Positions 1-11,484 of a DNA stretch of 64,000 bases are shown piece by piece. The translations under genes and the position numbers were made by a program. This stretch comes from Trypanosoma brucei (Eukaryota), in the NCBI GenBank assembly GCA_000002445.1, contig CM000207.1:32001-96000 (forward strand), written 5' to 3'. A model generated the notes under the pieces. That model ran no database searches, was not told where the DNA came from, and was given only the letters and a program-made list of their open reading frames with translations. Numbering within the stretch: the first letter of the stretch is position 1; each line of letters starts with the position of its first letter.

Positions 1-59
1 GGGTGATATTCTAATTTGTTTATTCAGTTATTTTTTGTTTTTATTAAATGGATATTTAC

Positions 60-352
60 TATTGTTATAATAATGATAAAAATAGGAGAGTGTTGTGAGT
101 GTGTGTATACGTATATTATAATAATATTAATAATAATAATAGTAATGATAATAATAATAATAATAGGAGAGTGTTGTAAGTGTGTGTATACGTATATTAT
201 AATAATAGTAATAATAATAATAACAGTAATGATAATAATAATAATAGGAAAGTGTTGTGAGTGTGTATATACAAATATTATAATAAGAGCAGTAACAATG
301 ATAATAATATCGGTGTGTTGTTAGTTTGCATACACTAATATTATAATAAAAG
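60..352. repeat. 70-bp repeat block, about 4 tandem units
   Basis: Tandem units of (TAA/ATA)n + GGAGAGTGTTGTGAGTGTGTGTATACGTATATTATAATAA. Confidence 0.9.
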
Positions 353-1257
353 TTGTCGTGAACACTAAATACACGAAGAAAACACAATCATTTAAATTAA
401 TAAAAAAAGTGAGACAGGAAAAGGTGAGTAAAACTGTGAGAAAGAGATAAAGTATATTATTATCGAAGGAAGTGCAACAAAACCAGTGACGAATTTGGAT
501 AAAATACGTGTAACCTTAAATACACGCATAATGCTTGGCGCCATCACTGTATACAAGGAGATTATGGGACGTTCAATACGATATTGGTAGAGCTCAGTTT
601 ACAGGGGAAATGGAATCGGTACGTTATCTGCAAAAGAAGCGACAGAAAACAAAAAATAGGAAAATATAGAATTAAACGACACAATATGCAACAGCACATA
701 AGAGAGAAAAAAGTACATCAAGAACAACAAGAACAGGTGAAGCCTTGCATTTTTCTTGGAAATATATGGGCGCATCAGCTGAGATGTTTCAAACTGCTGT
801 TTTTAATCTTATTATGGATACTAGTGTGAAACAATGACTGCAGTGAGAGGAGGCTAGTATGCTAACTGTGTGTTATTTGCCATAGCCACAAATAAGAGAG
901 CATAAATGGAGAGGTAAGATGGTCACTTTTTTTGCTGATATTGGTAGAAATGGGTGAATAATCTACACATAATTCAAAGGAAAAGGTATAGCCCACGTCG
1001 ATCCATCTGGTGGGAAGTGTAAATAGACCTACCCGCGGTCATTGAAAGCGCCAACTTGTCTTGATCCATAAGAAGAGGGAAAACATGCGAATCATCCTTC
1101 AAAAGCTGGCTCATCCAGCAGAAATGTACCAGCGTAATGCTAATCCGCTGTCAAAACTAAGTTATATTCCTCTTAAAAAGACTTTTTTCGTCCTTAAACT
1201 AGCCTCACCACAACAGGAATCAAATATCCCCTTTACAAGATAGGCAAAGTCAATTAA

Positions 1258-2780
1258 ATGTCAAACTGGAGGGCATTTTTTCCTCTGTTCCTGGTAATCA
1301 ACACTAGGGATGGCGGTGCAACAGCCAACGGTAAATCAGCGCGCCAGTATTACACCCTTTGCGAAATCTACAGTAGCGCCCTAAAGCTGACATCACAAAC
1401 CTACGTTTCACTCGGCGATTCCAGCGACTACAACAATATACTTGACTATAACATGTCTGTGGCCCCACAGTCGTGGCAACTGTTGTTCGCTGACCAGACG
1501 GACTCAAACACATGGGAGGAAAAGAAATCTGAGCTGCAGGCTAAAGACAGAAAAATAAACTGGGAGAAAGACTGGGAAACGTGGAGAAAAGCCAAAAAGC
1601 CGTCGATGACAAAAACAGCCAGTGGAGTAAACTAATAGACAACAGGGCGCCACCAAAGCCAAACTCACTGGCAGCGCAACAAATCAGGGCACTAACCCGA
1701 CAAGCGAAGACTATCCTGCGAGCGGTAGAAAACGAGCCAGCCAAAAAGAGAAAACCGTTGACAGCGGAAATCAAAGATCAGCTAATGGGAGCTCTCTGTG
1801 CGGGAAAGGCCGCTTGGGACGCAGCAAAAACTAAATGCGACATGAAGACACCAACGGACACCAAAGCAACAAACTGCGCGGACAGTAAAGCCGGGAAATC
1901 GGTATTATCGGACATGGTCTGCCTTTGTCAGACAAGGACAAACGGCGAGTGCATGCAAAGCGGTGCGAGCAGCAACCTCGAAGATGGAAGCGGTAACGGC
2001 AAAGCAGGAGGAATGCAGGAACTAATAGACAACTGTCCTAAGTCGGGAGACGGAAGCGACGCACACGAACAACTTAAGAAAGCATTATCCTCGTTCATGA
2101 GCATGGTTGGAACCGGCAGCACTGTCGATGGCGCTGTAATCTTCGGCGGAGCCGTCGACACAAACTGCCAAAACGAAGCTTCGGCGTGTGTGGACTACAA
2201 AAACCACTTCAAGAAAAATCAAAAAGGCTTTGCTGCGATTCCATGGTTAAACAAACTACGGACCGCAATCAGCTACCAGCAGCACTACGACCAACACCAA
2301 GCACATCAGCGGTCAGCAAAGCGTCGATTCCAAGAAATTTCTGATTCCATTCACAGTCTCTACACAGAACCAGAAACGGCACAAATAGGACAACAGCCAA
2401 AGAAGCCATTAATGACGGCACCTAAATGCAAACCACAAAACACAACTCCCTCTGAATACCCAGAAACTGAATGCGATTATGACGCAAATGCGGCAGATGG
2501 TAAAAAATGTAATCCTAAGGAGACAGGAACAGAAACCACAGTAACATGAGCAGCAGGGGGAAATACAGGTACAGCAGCTGCAAACGGATGTGCAAAACAC
2601 GGAACTGGTAAGACAAATTGTGAGGCTGACAAAACAGGCGACAAACAAAATTGTGCATGAAGGAAGGGTAAAGATAATGAGCCTGATCTAGAAAAAGAAA
2701 TGTGCCGTGATTCCAGCATTATCGGAAATAAGAAATTAGCTATGATTTCTGCTACTTTTGTGTGTTTGGGAGCATTTCAG
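1258..2780 (+). pseudogene. VSG pseudogene. The signal-peptide-like start (MSNWRAFFPLFLVINT) and N-domain are broken by a frameshift near 1600 and in-frame stops at 2549 and 2658. The C-terminal domain (CKPQNT...EADKTGDKQNCA) and GPI signal (SSIIGNKKLAMISATFVCLGAF) follow
   Basis: ORFs 1258..1635 and 1581..2549 overlap in different frames. The VSG-type Cys-rich C-terminus and hydrophobic GPI tail are translated past the stop codons. A degenerate 3'UTR 16-mer (TTATATATTTTTCAACA) lies near 2858. A 70-bp repeat block is upstream at 60-352. Confidence 0.8.
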
Positions 2781-3035
2781 GTATTTTGAAATTATAGGTG
2801 TATTTGGTAAACTTTATCAAATTTTCTTTTCTTGAGATAATTTTCAAAATTACTGAAATTATATATTTTTCAACAATTTTCGATGGAAATATTCAAAATT
2901 TGAAAAACTTGAAGATGCAAAATGTTGGAGTGAAAGCAACATATTGTAGCTAAGTAGTTTGTTCTCAGTGTATAAATAATGTTTGCTATTATAAAGTCAC
3001 TAATTTAATTCATGTTATGCATATTAGTTATTGAT

Positions 3036-3112
3036 ACGACAGTAATAGTAAGAATAATGATAATAATAGAAGCGTGCTGTCAGCGTGTGTATACTAATAT
3101 TATAATAAAAGT
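3036..3112. repeat. 70-bp repeat, 1 unit
   Basis: GAATAATGATAATAATAGAAGCGTGCTGTCAGCGTGTGTATACTAATATTATAATAAAAG. Confidence 0.85.
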
Positions 3113-3173
3113 TTGGTAAAGACTAAATGGACGGGTAAAAAGTAGGATTTACAACAATGAAAATGTTGTAGTA

Positions 3174-3197
3174 GGAGTGAGTGAGTGAGTGAGTGAT
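3174..3197. repeat. (GAGT)n microsatellite, about 5 units
   Basis: GGAGTGAGTGAGTGAGTGAGTGATAGTG. Confidence 0.8.
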
Positions 3198-4576
3198 AGT
3201 GTCTAGGAGAGAACGTGGAATATTATTAAAGAACAGGAAAAAATACAAATAGAAAAAGAGTACTTTGAATATGCACAGTTACAAGCACAAATATAACAAA
3301 GAAAATCACCTTGCACAGTGAAATGATCGAGGGGAAAATCATGGGGAGGCAATGTCCAGTGTACAGGCCAAGCATAGTTCCAACGTTATCCAAAGTGGTA
3401 TAGGCCATAGAGAAAAAAATGGAGGAAAATAGAAAGTGAAACAACGGGATAATCGAAATAATAGCAAGGAAGAAAATGATAGGATATAAATAGTGTGGCT
3501 TATTCCACACAGAAATTGATTGATGCTCTTTCAGTGATTATAGTATCTACTGGAATTTTAAATCTGATAGCGGATTCTAGTATATAGCTGTTAATAAATC
3601 GACCCAGAAGTAAGTAATTGGGTAAATGTGAGGTAATGTCGGAGTAGTATTATCATTATATATAGTAAAAAAGACATATATTTGTGAAACAATATGATAT
3701 CACCTGGAGAATAATTTTACAACTAGGGATGCTTCTGGATTACCATGCTCATAAAAAAAATAATGAAAACGTAAAAAATCATAAATAATACATATATGAA
3801 TATGTGGAAGAGGTTTATAAAGTAGAGAGAATCAATGGTGATACTCTTCCAATTTTCTATTGATACATTGGTCTGATATTAAAAGCTTTGAAGAAAAGAG
3901 TAATTCCTATTTAGGTAATTCGTGACACAGAAATTATGGATCATCTCAAACACTTCAAAGAAAATAAGTGGAATCACGGCCAAAAATGCCTAAATAGAGA
4001 CGAAAAATACATACAACAAAAGAGGAAAATACTACAGAATGCTCAAGGTAATCCGTATTGTAGAAATGTCGACGTCATATCGTCATTGCAGATGAATATA
4101 TACAGCAGGAGCCGACCAACACTAGATGAGCACAGCGCAGAACATTAGTGAAAATGTTTTATATATAGATACAGAACACAATAGATTGGAAAGTAAAAGT
4201 GAAAACATTTCGAAAAATAAAACTCATGCAATGACTACAAACATTTTTGCATTTCCCACAAAAACTAGAGCAGCGCTGCTAACGCGGGCAACGGACAGTT
4301 GTAATATTGTCACCTTAATATTATTTTCTTCCAGATGCATCCGATAAGCTATTCAGAAACATTAATGAGCGAAATCTAGAAATAAAAAAAGAAGAAGAGA
4401 TAACAGAACCTAATTTACAACTACATCACTTTACAACGTATGCGGTGCAACAATTATTAATACCCTTTTGGCAGCGGTGACCGCAGTTTTAAACACCCCC
4501 GACACGAAATTTAAAGAATGGGACAAACCAACCCCCAAACTTTCTTCCAAAAGCCCCATACACACACAGATTTGAG

Positions 4577-6200
4577 ATGGTTTCACTAACAGCACTAGTT
4601 TTCGTCATCTGTGTCGTGCCAGGGATCAGGGCGGCGAGCAAAGCGGCTCTACATGCCAAAGCCGTAAACCAGGTTTGTGAGCTAACGCACGACCTAAAAG
4701 CAGCCACTGTCGATCTTGTCTCACTAATTAACAATACCAAGGCAGACTTGGTGGAAATCGAAAAGGCCGAACAGTGAGCTCAACTTTACTACTGGAAACT
4801 GGGGCCGAATCATACAGCCTGGGCCAAGGCAAGAGTCTATGCAGCTTTCTCAGCGAGAAAACGGCAAGTGGCTGAGGCGGCGTTCGCTCAACTAGCAGCA
4901 ATAGCAGCAGAAACAGCAGGGCGCAGCGGCTTAGCAGCAGGCCGCCTAGACGAATTCGTCAATATCTTTTATACAACAGCGGGTTCAGCAAACGGCTGTT
5001 TAACGAAAACCACAGCCGCGCAAACCAAAGCAACGCACACAGCCTTAACAAAGTGTTACTCGGCACCGAACACGATGACGCGAATCCCAACAATAATCGG
5101 TGCAGGAGCCGCTCAACCAGGGACGACAGCGACGACAATAACAACGAAGATAACCAGTGCCATAGGCAAAGTCAAAAGAACCGGCGCCAAGCTTGCGGAT
5201 CAAGCAACCCAGATTCTCGGCAACGGTAACCAATGCGAGTACCTCACAACAACAGCTAACCACGGCATCTTTACAACAGGACAGCTAACATTAAGATTCG
5301 GAGACGACCTAATAATTGTCACAAGCGGCGATAATGCACACACCTACACGGCCTAACACGAGAAGGCGCCGACATATGGCCGACAAGCAACACTTTACGA
5401 CGTGAAACAGGCATTAGCCAAGCTTACCACGCCCGAAGCAACAATCGAACCAGCAAAAAAATGCTAACAATAGAAGGAAGGGAGAAGCTCAGCAGCGACA
5501 CCCAGCTTCAGGAAGCATACGCCGACATCCTAGGGATAGCGAGAGAAATCGTAACGGAGCAAACAATCGAAGCTGCTTTTGGAACCAAAGACGAAAAAAC
5601 ATTCAAAAACAAGTTATGGAATGCAATTGACAGCTCAGAAGTTGAAACTATTTCGTTCAACAAATAGGGAAGTGGCACCACAAAAATAAACCTTGCCCCT
5701 ACAGTAGAGGACCTAACGAAGGCACTATTTTTTTACCAGAACAAAAGCATAAACAAGCTTCAAAAACAGGCAACAGAAAGCGTGGAAGGTAAAATATCCT
5801 GTCAAACACCAGGGACTAAAGAAACAAAGACACCATCTAAAGAAGAGTGCGCCAAACACAAAGAGCAAGAACCGTGCAAGAACGCGGGATGCAAATTCGA
5901 TAATAACAAAAAAGATGGTGAAAAATGCTTTCCAGACCATGAGAGAAAAACAGATAAGAAAGATGAAGGAGATGGAAAAACGACAACTGTAAACTGTGGC
6001 CAACATACTGAGAAAACTAAATGTGAGGAAGAAAACAAGGGTAAAACAACCCCGTTTGTGGCTGGAAAAGGGGCAAAAACGGCGAAACAGATGAGCCTGA
6101 CAAAGAAAAAAGCAGAAACAACAGTTTTCTTGTCAATAAGAAATTCGCTCTTATGGTTGCTATTTCTCTTATTTATGTGGCATTTTAACACTTTAAGAAT
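4577..6200 (+). pseudogene. VSG pseudogene. N-terminus MVSLTALVFVICVVPGIRAASKAALHAKAVNQVCEL. It has multiple frame changes and a read-through C-terminus
   Basis: ORFs 4577..4777, 4868..5356, 5461..5667 and 5782..6327 in alternating frames together span one VSG. The Cys-rich C-domain (CAKHKEQEPCKNAGCKFDNNKKDGEKC) and hydrophobic tail (FLSIRNSLLWLLFLLF) are recognisable. Confidence 0.75.
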
Positions 6201-6449
6201 TTTTCCCAATTTTAAGAAGTTTATGAAACTTTATACTTTGAGAGAATTTGCTTTGCTTGCTAAATTTTTATGTGTCTTATCACTCATTGATGGAAATTTT
6301 AAAAATAGTAAAAATGCAAAAATATGAAGACTAGGTATGACATTGGGCTGTGGGCGTAAAGCACTATGGTTGTAAGGTATGAAAAATGAGTCATATTCCA
6401 ATATTGTATATTTTCTCTATCTTGTTTACTAAATGGACATTAGCATGGG

Positions 6450-6595
6450 TTATAATAGCAATATTTTATTGCAATAATAGTGGCTTTCTGTGAGTGTGTA
6501 TATGCTAATATTTTAATAAAAGTAGTAATAATAATAATAACAATAATAATAGGAGTGTGTTGTGAGAGTGTATATAATAATATTATAATAAAAGG
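6450..6595. repeat. 70-bp repeat, about 2 units
   Basis: TGTGAGTGTGTATATGCTAATATTTTAATAAAAG...AATAATAATAGGAGTGTGTTGTGAGAGTGTATATAATAATATTATAATAAAAGG. Confidence 0.85.
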
Positions 6596-8418
6596 AGTTG
6601 TAAATACTAAATATGTGGACAGAATAGGAACAATTCAAACAATAGAAAAGGTGAAATTGGAGAGAGAGTGTGTAAGAGATAAAGAGAACGTGGAATATTA
6701 TTAAAATAAAGTAAAGACAGGGAGGAAAGACGAATTGAAGATGCGCAGTTTTATACACAAACATGACTATGACCAGCATCATACATAAGGAGATAAGGGA
6801 GAGAACAATAAAGGAGACACAGTGTCTGGAAAAAATGAAGGCACCGAAAGTAATGCAAAGAAGCATTGCAAGTTAAATGGACACTAGTTGCGCTTTTTTC
6901 AATATGCTCTCAAGAACTCGTCAAATAATGCATTATTTAACTCAAAGCACTCTCATGGATAAAGATCAGCCTTCCACAGAGAATATAGCTGACTAATAGC
7001 TGTGAACGTTGCCTGAAAGTGCGTTTCTTGTACGGAAGGTAACTACTCTTATATGTAAATTATAATGTAGCGGTTTTTGATTTCACCCAACTTTGCCTTA
7101 AATGTCAAAAGTAGCATAAAATTTAAAAAGTGACAGGAAGAGAAAGAACGCACAAACCACAAGTGGAAAAGCAAAATTAAGACTCTTATTTCTGCTTAAG
7201 GTAGCTTATAAACGTCAACCTTTGATCCTCATGTACTCAGGCGAGTTCGTAAAGTTACAAGACAAAACAAAGCATTTTTTGTCCTAGGATGATGCCAGGT
7301 AGAGGTTTGGAAAGTGAGGTTAAATGGAAGATGTAGAAAATTACATATGTTCTGACTTTTTAGACGATGATTAAAAATTATTATCAGAACAAAAACCAGA
7401 AAAAGGAGTAATTTCCGATCATAATTTCATCCATTTTACATGTTTCTGTCTCTTTAAGCTTATAACAAAAAACATCAAGAAACAAAATGTCCTTTAAAAA
7501 CATAAAAAAACTTTGCGTATAATAGTTTTACGATATGGTCCAGCAGAAAAAAACAAGTTCTATTTAGCGCAAACACACAGTCAAATAAAAAATGCAAAGA
7601 ATAAGCAACTAAAAAGAAGCAACCAATTAGTTTGAATAACTGCAGTCTTAGCAACTCTCCCTAACACACACGGCAAAGAAAGACAATAAAAACGACACAA
7701 TAGCAATAAAGCGACCATATCTTCCCGAAAGTGGCCACTCCAGGCGGCTCAACTATTGCCTTTCACTGGGGTAAAGGCTCAATTCACCGAAGAAACTGAA
7801 GTCTAGAGCCAGCGATCTTTTCAGCAGAAGTCTGAAACGGTAGACAGAATTGGACAGAGTCTAAAGAAACAGCGTTGAACAAATCACGGGTACACCAGTT
7901 GGTTTGGCCTAATTTTTCAAACTCAATAGCAATGTAATGGAAGTGTATTTTTTAAAACAAAGGGTATCATTACCAAGAAAATTGTAAACGGCTTGAAAAG
8001 ACACGAAGTTCAATTCACAGGCGCAAGCACACAGACAAATAAAGCCAGACCATGGTCGAGCAAACAATTAGATTCCGTATATTTATTCCGAAACAAATAC
8101 GAAAAGGGAAAAGGGAAGAAAACTACATGCCTCAGCGACCAAATAATGCAGACAACCAACTCTATTTCTAGAACGAGCATTTAAAGCTAAAACATCCGAA
8201 CGGCAGAAAATCCCTGGACTTGGTCATTTTGTATGCGGCAAAAACCACACAGAAAACAGTGCAAGTATCAACTTGTTCAGGCGACACAGCAAGTCAGAGA
8301 AACATAATACCTTCATACAAGACACCACTTCCGAATATGACTAATGAACCACAACTCCGGTAAATGCAAATCTGCCATTAAAATACTTCCTGGTTTTTAA
8401 TTACTTCTTGTTAGTCAC

Positions 8419-9770
8419 CATGAAGGCTTACTTAGTGATTTTTTTACTCTTTGGCGTGTTTTTTCAGATCCAAACAGCATACGCTGACGACAATGATGAG
8501 CTGGCGACAGCGGCAGCGACGTTATGCGAGGAAAAGGCTTATCTAACATAGCTGAGGCCACACTTAACAGCTGCTGCACCGAAAAAAGCAAAGACACAAA
8601 AGAAGCCTCGGAACTGACATAGCAAGCGACAAGGTACCTGTGGCCGCGGAAGCTACCAGCGAGCATATAAGGCTGATTAAGAAGGTGAAACACTTTGCAA
8701 AGATAACATTCACAGACTCAGGAGCACCGCACGGAGGCAGCAACGCAAACAGCCGCAATTTTAATATAAACAAGACGCTAGGGGGAAAGCCGCTATGCAC
8801 AGCAGTTGAAAACATCAATAGGAGAGGAGGTAAAAACAAACAGTCTGAGTATAGCAAGCCGCATACAATTAAGACATAAGACGCAACTAAGATAATGGAC
8901 TTCCTAGAAGGGGTGAAGACAACACTAACTGTCCTCAACAGCTGCACAGACACAACCGGCGTAAGCCGCACATACACGGCAGCGATGGTCTCCAGCTCGT
9001 ACCTCAGCAGCACAACAGTAACCGCAACTCTAACAAGAGCAGACACAACCTACCACGGCCAAGACAAACATATTTTTGTTGATACGAGAGCCAAGAAACC
9101 TGAAAAGAAACTACAATCACAGACAGCAATGCCAAAGACAAAAAACAAAATGCATTTGCTTTTCGAAGCACCGAAATCAATAGACACGCAGACTGCAAAC
9201 CCAAGTGAGCTTAGCGGCGCGACCCTCGAGAGTGACCACGAAACTCTAACAACATCCGCAACTGCAACCCACAGTTTCAGGCGATAAGCGACATAAACGC
9301 CGGAGATGAAGCTAAAGCACTAAAAAAGTACGTCAAAGAAGCTTACGGTGAGGACAGCGCAAAATTCAGCGAAAAAAATTCATCAAACGACTAAGCCAAA
9401 TTAAACCAACTGTGAGGAAGGACAAAACAAGCGACGCCACAAAGAGCGTGGATGACGTGGTAAATAGCGCCGACAGTGGCGCGGCACAAAGCCATGCCGA
9501 AGGAGAAAGAATTAAAAGGGAAAAAGAAGCAGGAAAAAAGAGTGCTATTGCTAAAGCAGTTTATTTCAAAGCAACAGAGGACTACAAAGCAGAGAAAAAA
9601 CGAAAGTAAATGCAACAATAAGAACCGGTGTGAATAAAAAGAAGGTAAGTGCAAGGATAAAGTGGAAGAATCAGCAGGGGGAACAGGAAACACCACAGAG
9701 AGCAATTATTTGGTGATAAGAGCTCCTTTTTTCTCCGCATTTTTGCTTCTGTAATTAAAAATTTATAAAG
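8419..9770 (+). pseudogene. VSG pseudogene, degenerate and short. Signal peptide MKAYLVIFLLFGVFFQIQTAYA followed by several in-frame stops
   Basis: VSG-like signal peptide at 8419. Stops at 8551 and 8620. ORFs 8640..8879, 8895..9287 and 9412..9609 in three frames. C-terminal remnant ...KEGKCKDKVEESAGGTGNTTESNYLVIRAPFFSAFLLL. 16-mer-like GATTTATTTTAACATT at 9841. Confidence 0.65.
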
Positions 9771-9899
9771 ATTTTTGCTCAATTTTATGAAAACTACGAA
9801 ACATTCCTTGTTAAGAGAATTTGATAAATTATCTAAATTGGATTTATTTTAACATTTTTGTAAAACACTTGAGAAATTGCAAATTTGAATAAAAGTAAA

Positions 9900-9903
<4 letters not shown>

Positions 9904-9931
<28 letters not shown>
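9904..9931. repeat. (TA)n microsatellite, about 14 units
   Basis: TATATATATATATATATATATATATATA in the 3' flank of the VSG pseudogene at 8419-9770. Confidence 0.9.
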
Positions 9932-9934
<3 letters not shown>

Positions 9935-10029
9935 CATGAAGGTGTTCTGTAGATGTAAAGCAGTATGGTGTTATGGTATGAAAAATTATTGATTTTCTAA
10001 TTTGGTTCATTTGCTTTATGGAAAACGGA

Positions 10030-10110
10030 AATGATAATAAACGTAAAAGATAACAACGAAAGCAATGCAAGAGCTTTGTAAGTGTGTATAATGCTCAAAT
10101 TGTAATTAGA
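10030..10110. repeat. degenerate 70-bp repeat
   Basis: GATAATAAACG...GCTTTGTAAGTGTGTATAATGCTCAAATTGTAAT. This is a weaker match. Confidence 0.5.
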
Positions 10111-11484
10111 GTGTTTGTAACGGCCGAATGAATTTTTTGAGTAGAAGAACTTAAAATAAAAGTTCATTTGCAGTAGATATGAGTAGAGGTTAGAGGGAGA
10201 GTATGAAGAATATTATTAAAGTAAATGGTAAAAGTTAGTGAGAGAAATAAATATGGAATATTTGACGTGTAATACACAAACATTACGGTGGGGATAATTA
10301 AGCACAATGAGATAATTGAGGGAATAGTGAGGGAACGTAGAAACACTGTGTTTAGGATAAAATTCTTCGGTACGCTATTGGCAGAAATAACAGCAAAAGA
10401 CGACAAGGAAGAAATAATATAAAGAAAAGAAGATTTACGAATAATTACATGTATTTTACTTAAGAATGGGTAGTTTCTGCCGCTGAGAAGCGGCAGTTAT
10501 GGTTTTTAATCTGATCGAAGATCCTAATATTCAATTGCGAAAAGAAACAGGAGGAGGAACAGATTTGGTAATTGTAAAGTAATGTTTAAGCTATCTTCTC
10601 ACCAGACATTGTAATATTGATAAACATATTGGGAAACAATATAACATCATTTGGTGAAAATGTTTAATACTAGGAGCAGTAATGTATTTCTATGAACAGC
10701 ATAAGAAGAATAGAAACTCAAAAATTGCTTCACATAGCCGATAAATGGACTAATGGAGCGTTACTGCAAGGTGATAAAATCAATGGTGATACTCTTCCGA
10801 TTCTGTATCGTTATACAGCTCTGATATTAAGGCTTTTTTCAGAGGAGAGCAATAAATATAACAAAAGGTCACTAAATCGCACCTTGAAGACAGCATGAGT
10901 AAAACGCAAGCAATAAGGAACACACATTTAATACACAAAGTTCCCCGTTTTAAACGATACCGACCCAAAGGTTGGATACATGACAGAGTTAAGAAGTAAT
11001 AGCGAAACCGTATTTGTGAGAGTCAGCAGTGGTACCTGACTATTTTGAGTCAGGAAATAATGTAAAATTAGCGCAACGACAGCAAAAGTGAAAACCATAA
11101 ATTTTAAATACTTTATATGCGGTAAAAGATACGTTATTGTAAAAACTCGTAAAAAAGGGATTGTAAATTATAATAATGCAAACAAAAAATAGACAAAGTC
11201 TTGTATAGATTGAAATTAGCTGGAAACCCTGGAAAAGAACAAAATATAGGTTAAAATGTTTTCATAATTTTTATAACGTCCATGGTTTTCCATGGTAAAA
11301 CTAATTTTTTTATCAGCTGATCAAATGAAAATCGCAACCAAATATAGTGAAAATCTACTTTTTATATTTTTTAATATGTTATTTGTATCTACTGATACCA
11401 AATTAATCAAATAAAAACTATCATTTACTGACCTGGAAATACTGGTTCAGACGAAATACCCGTAATTCCAATCAAGTCGCCAAC

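Noticed and set aside
16..387. Poly-Ile and poly-Tyr ORFs (16..324 +, 127..387 -, 59309..59614 -)
   Set aside because: These are translations of the (TAA/ATA)n tracts and GT-rich cores of the 70-bp repeats, not genes.
1061..1243. ORF 1061..1243 as the start of the first VSG
   Set aside because: There is no hydrophobic leader and no VSG-like sequence. The VSG-like leader begins at 1258.
5782..6327. 181-aa ORF 5782..6327 as a stand-alone protein
   Set aside because: It is the frameshifted Cys-rich C-domain and GPI tail of the VSG pseudogene at 4577-6200, reading through into the 3'UTR.
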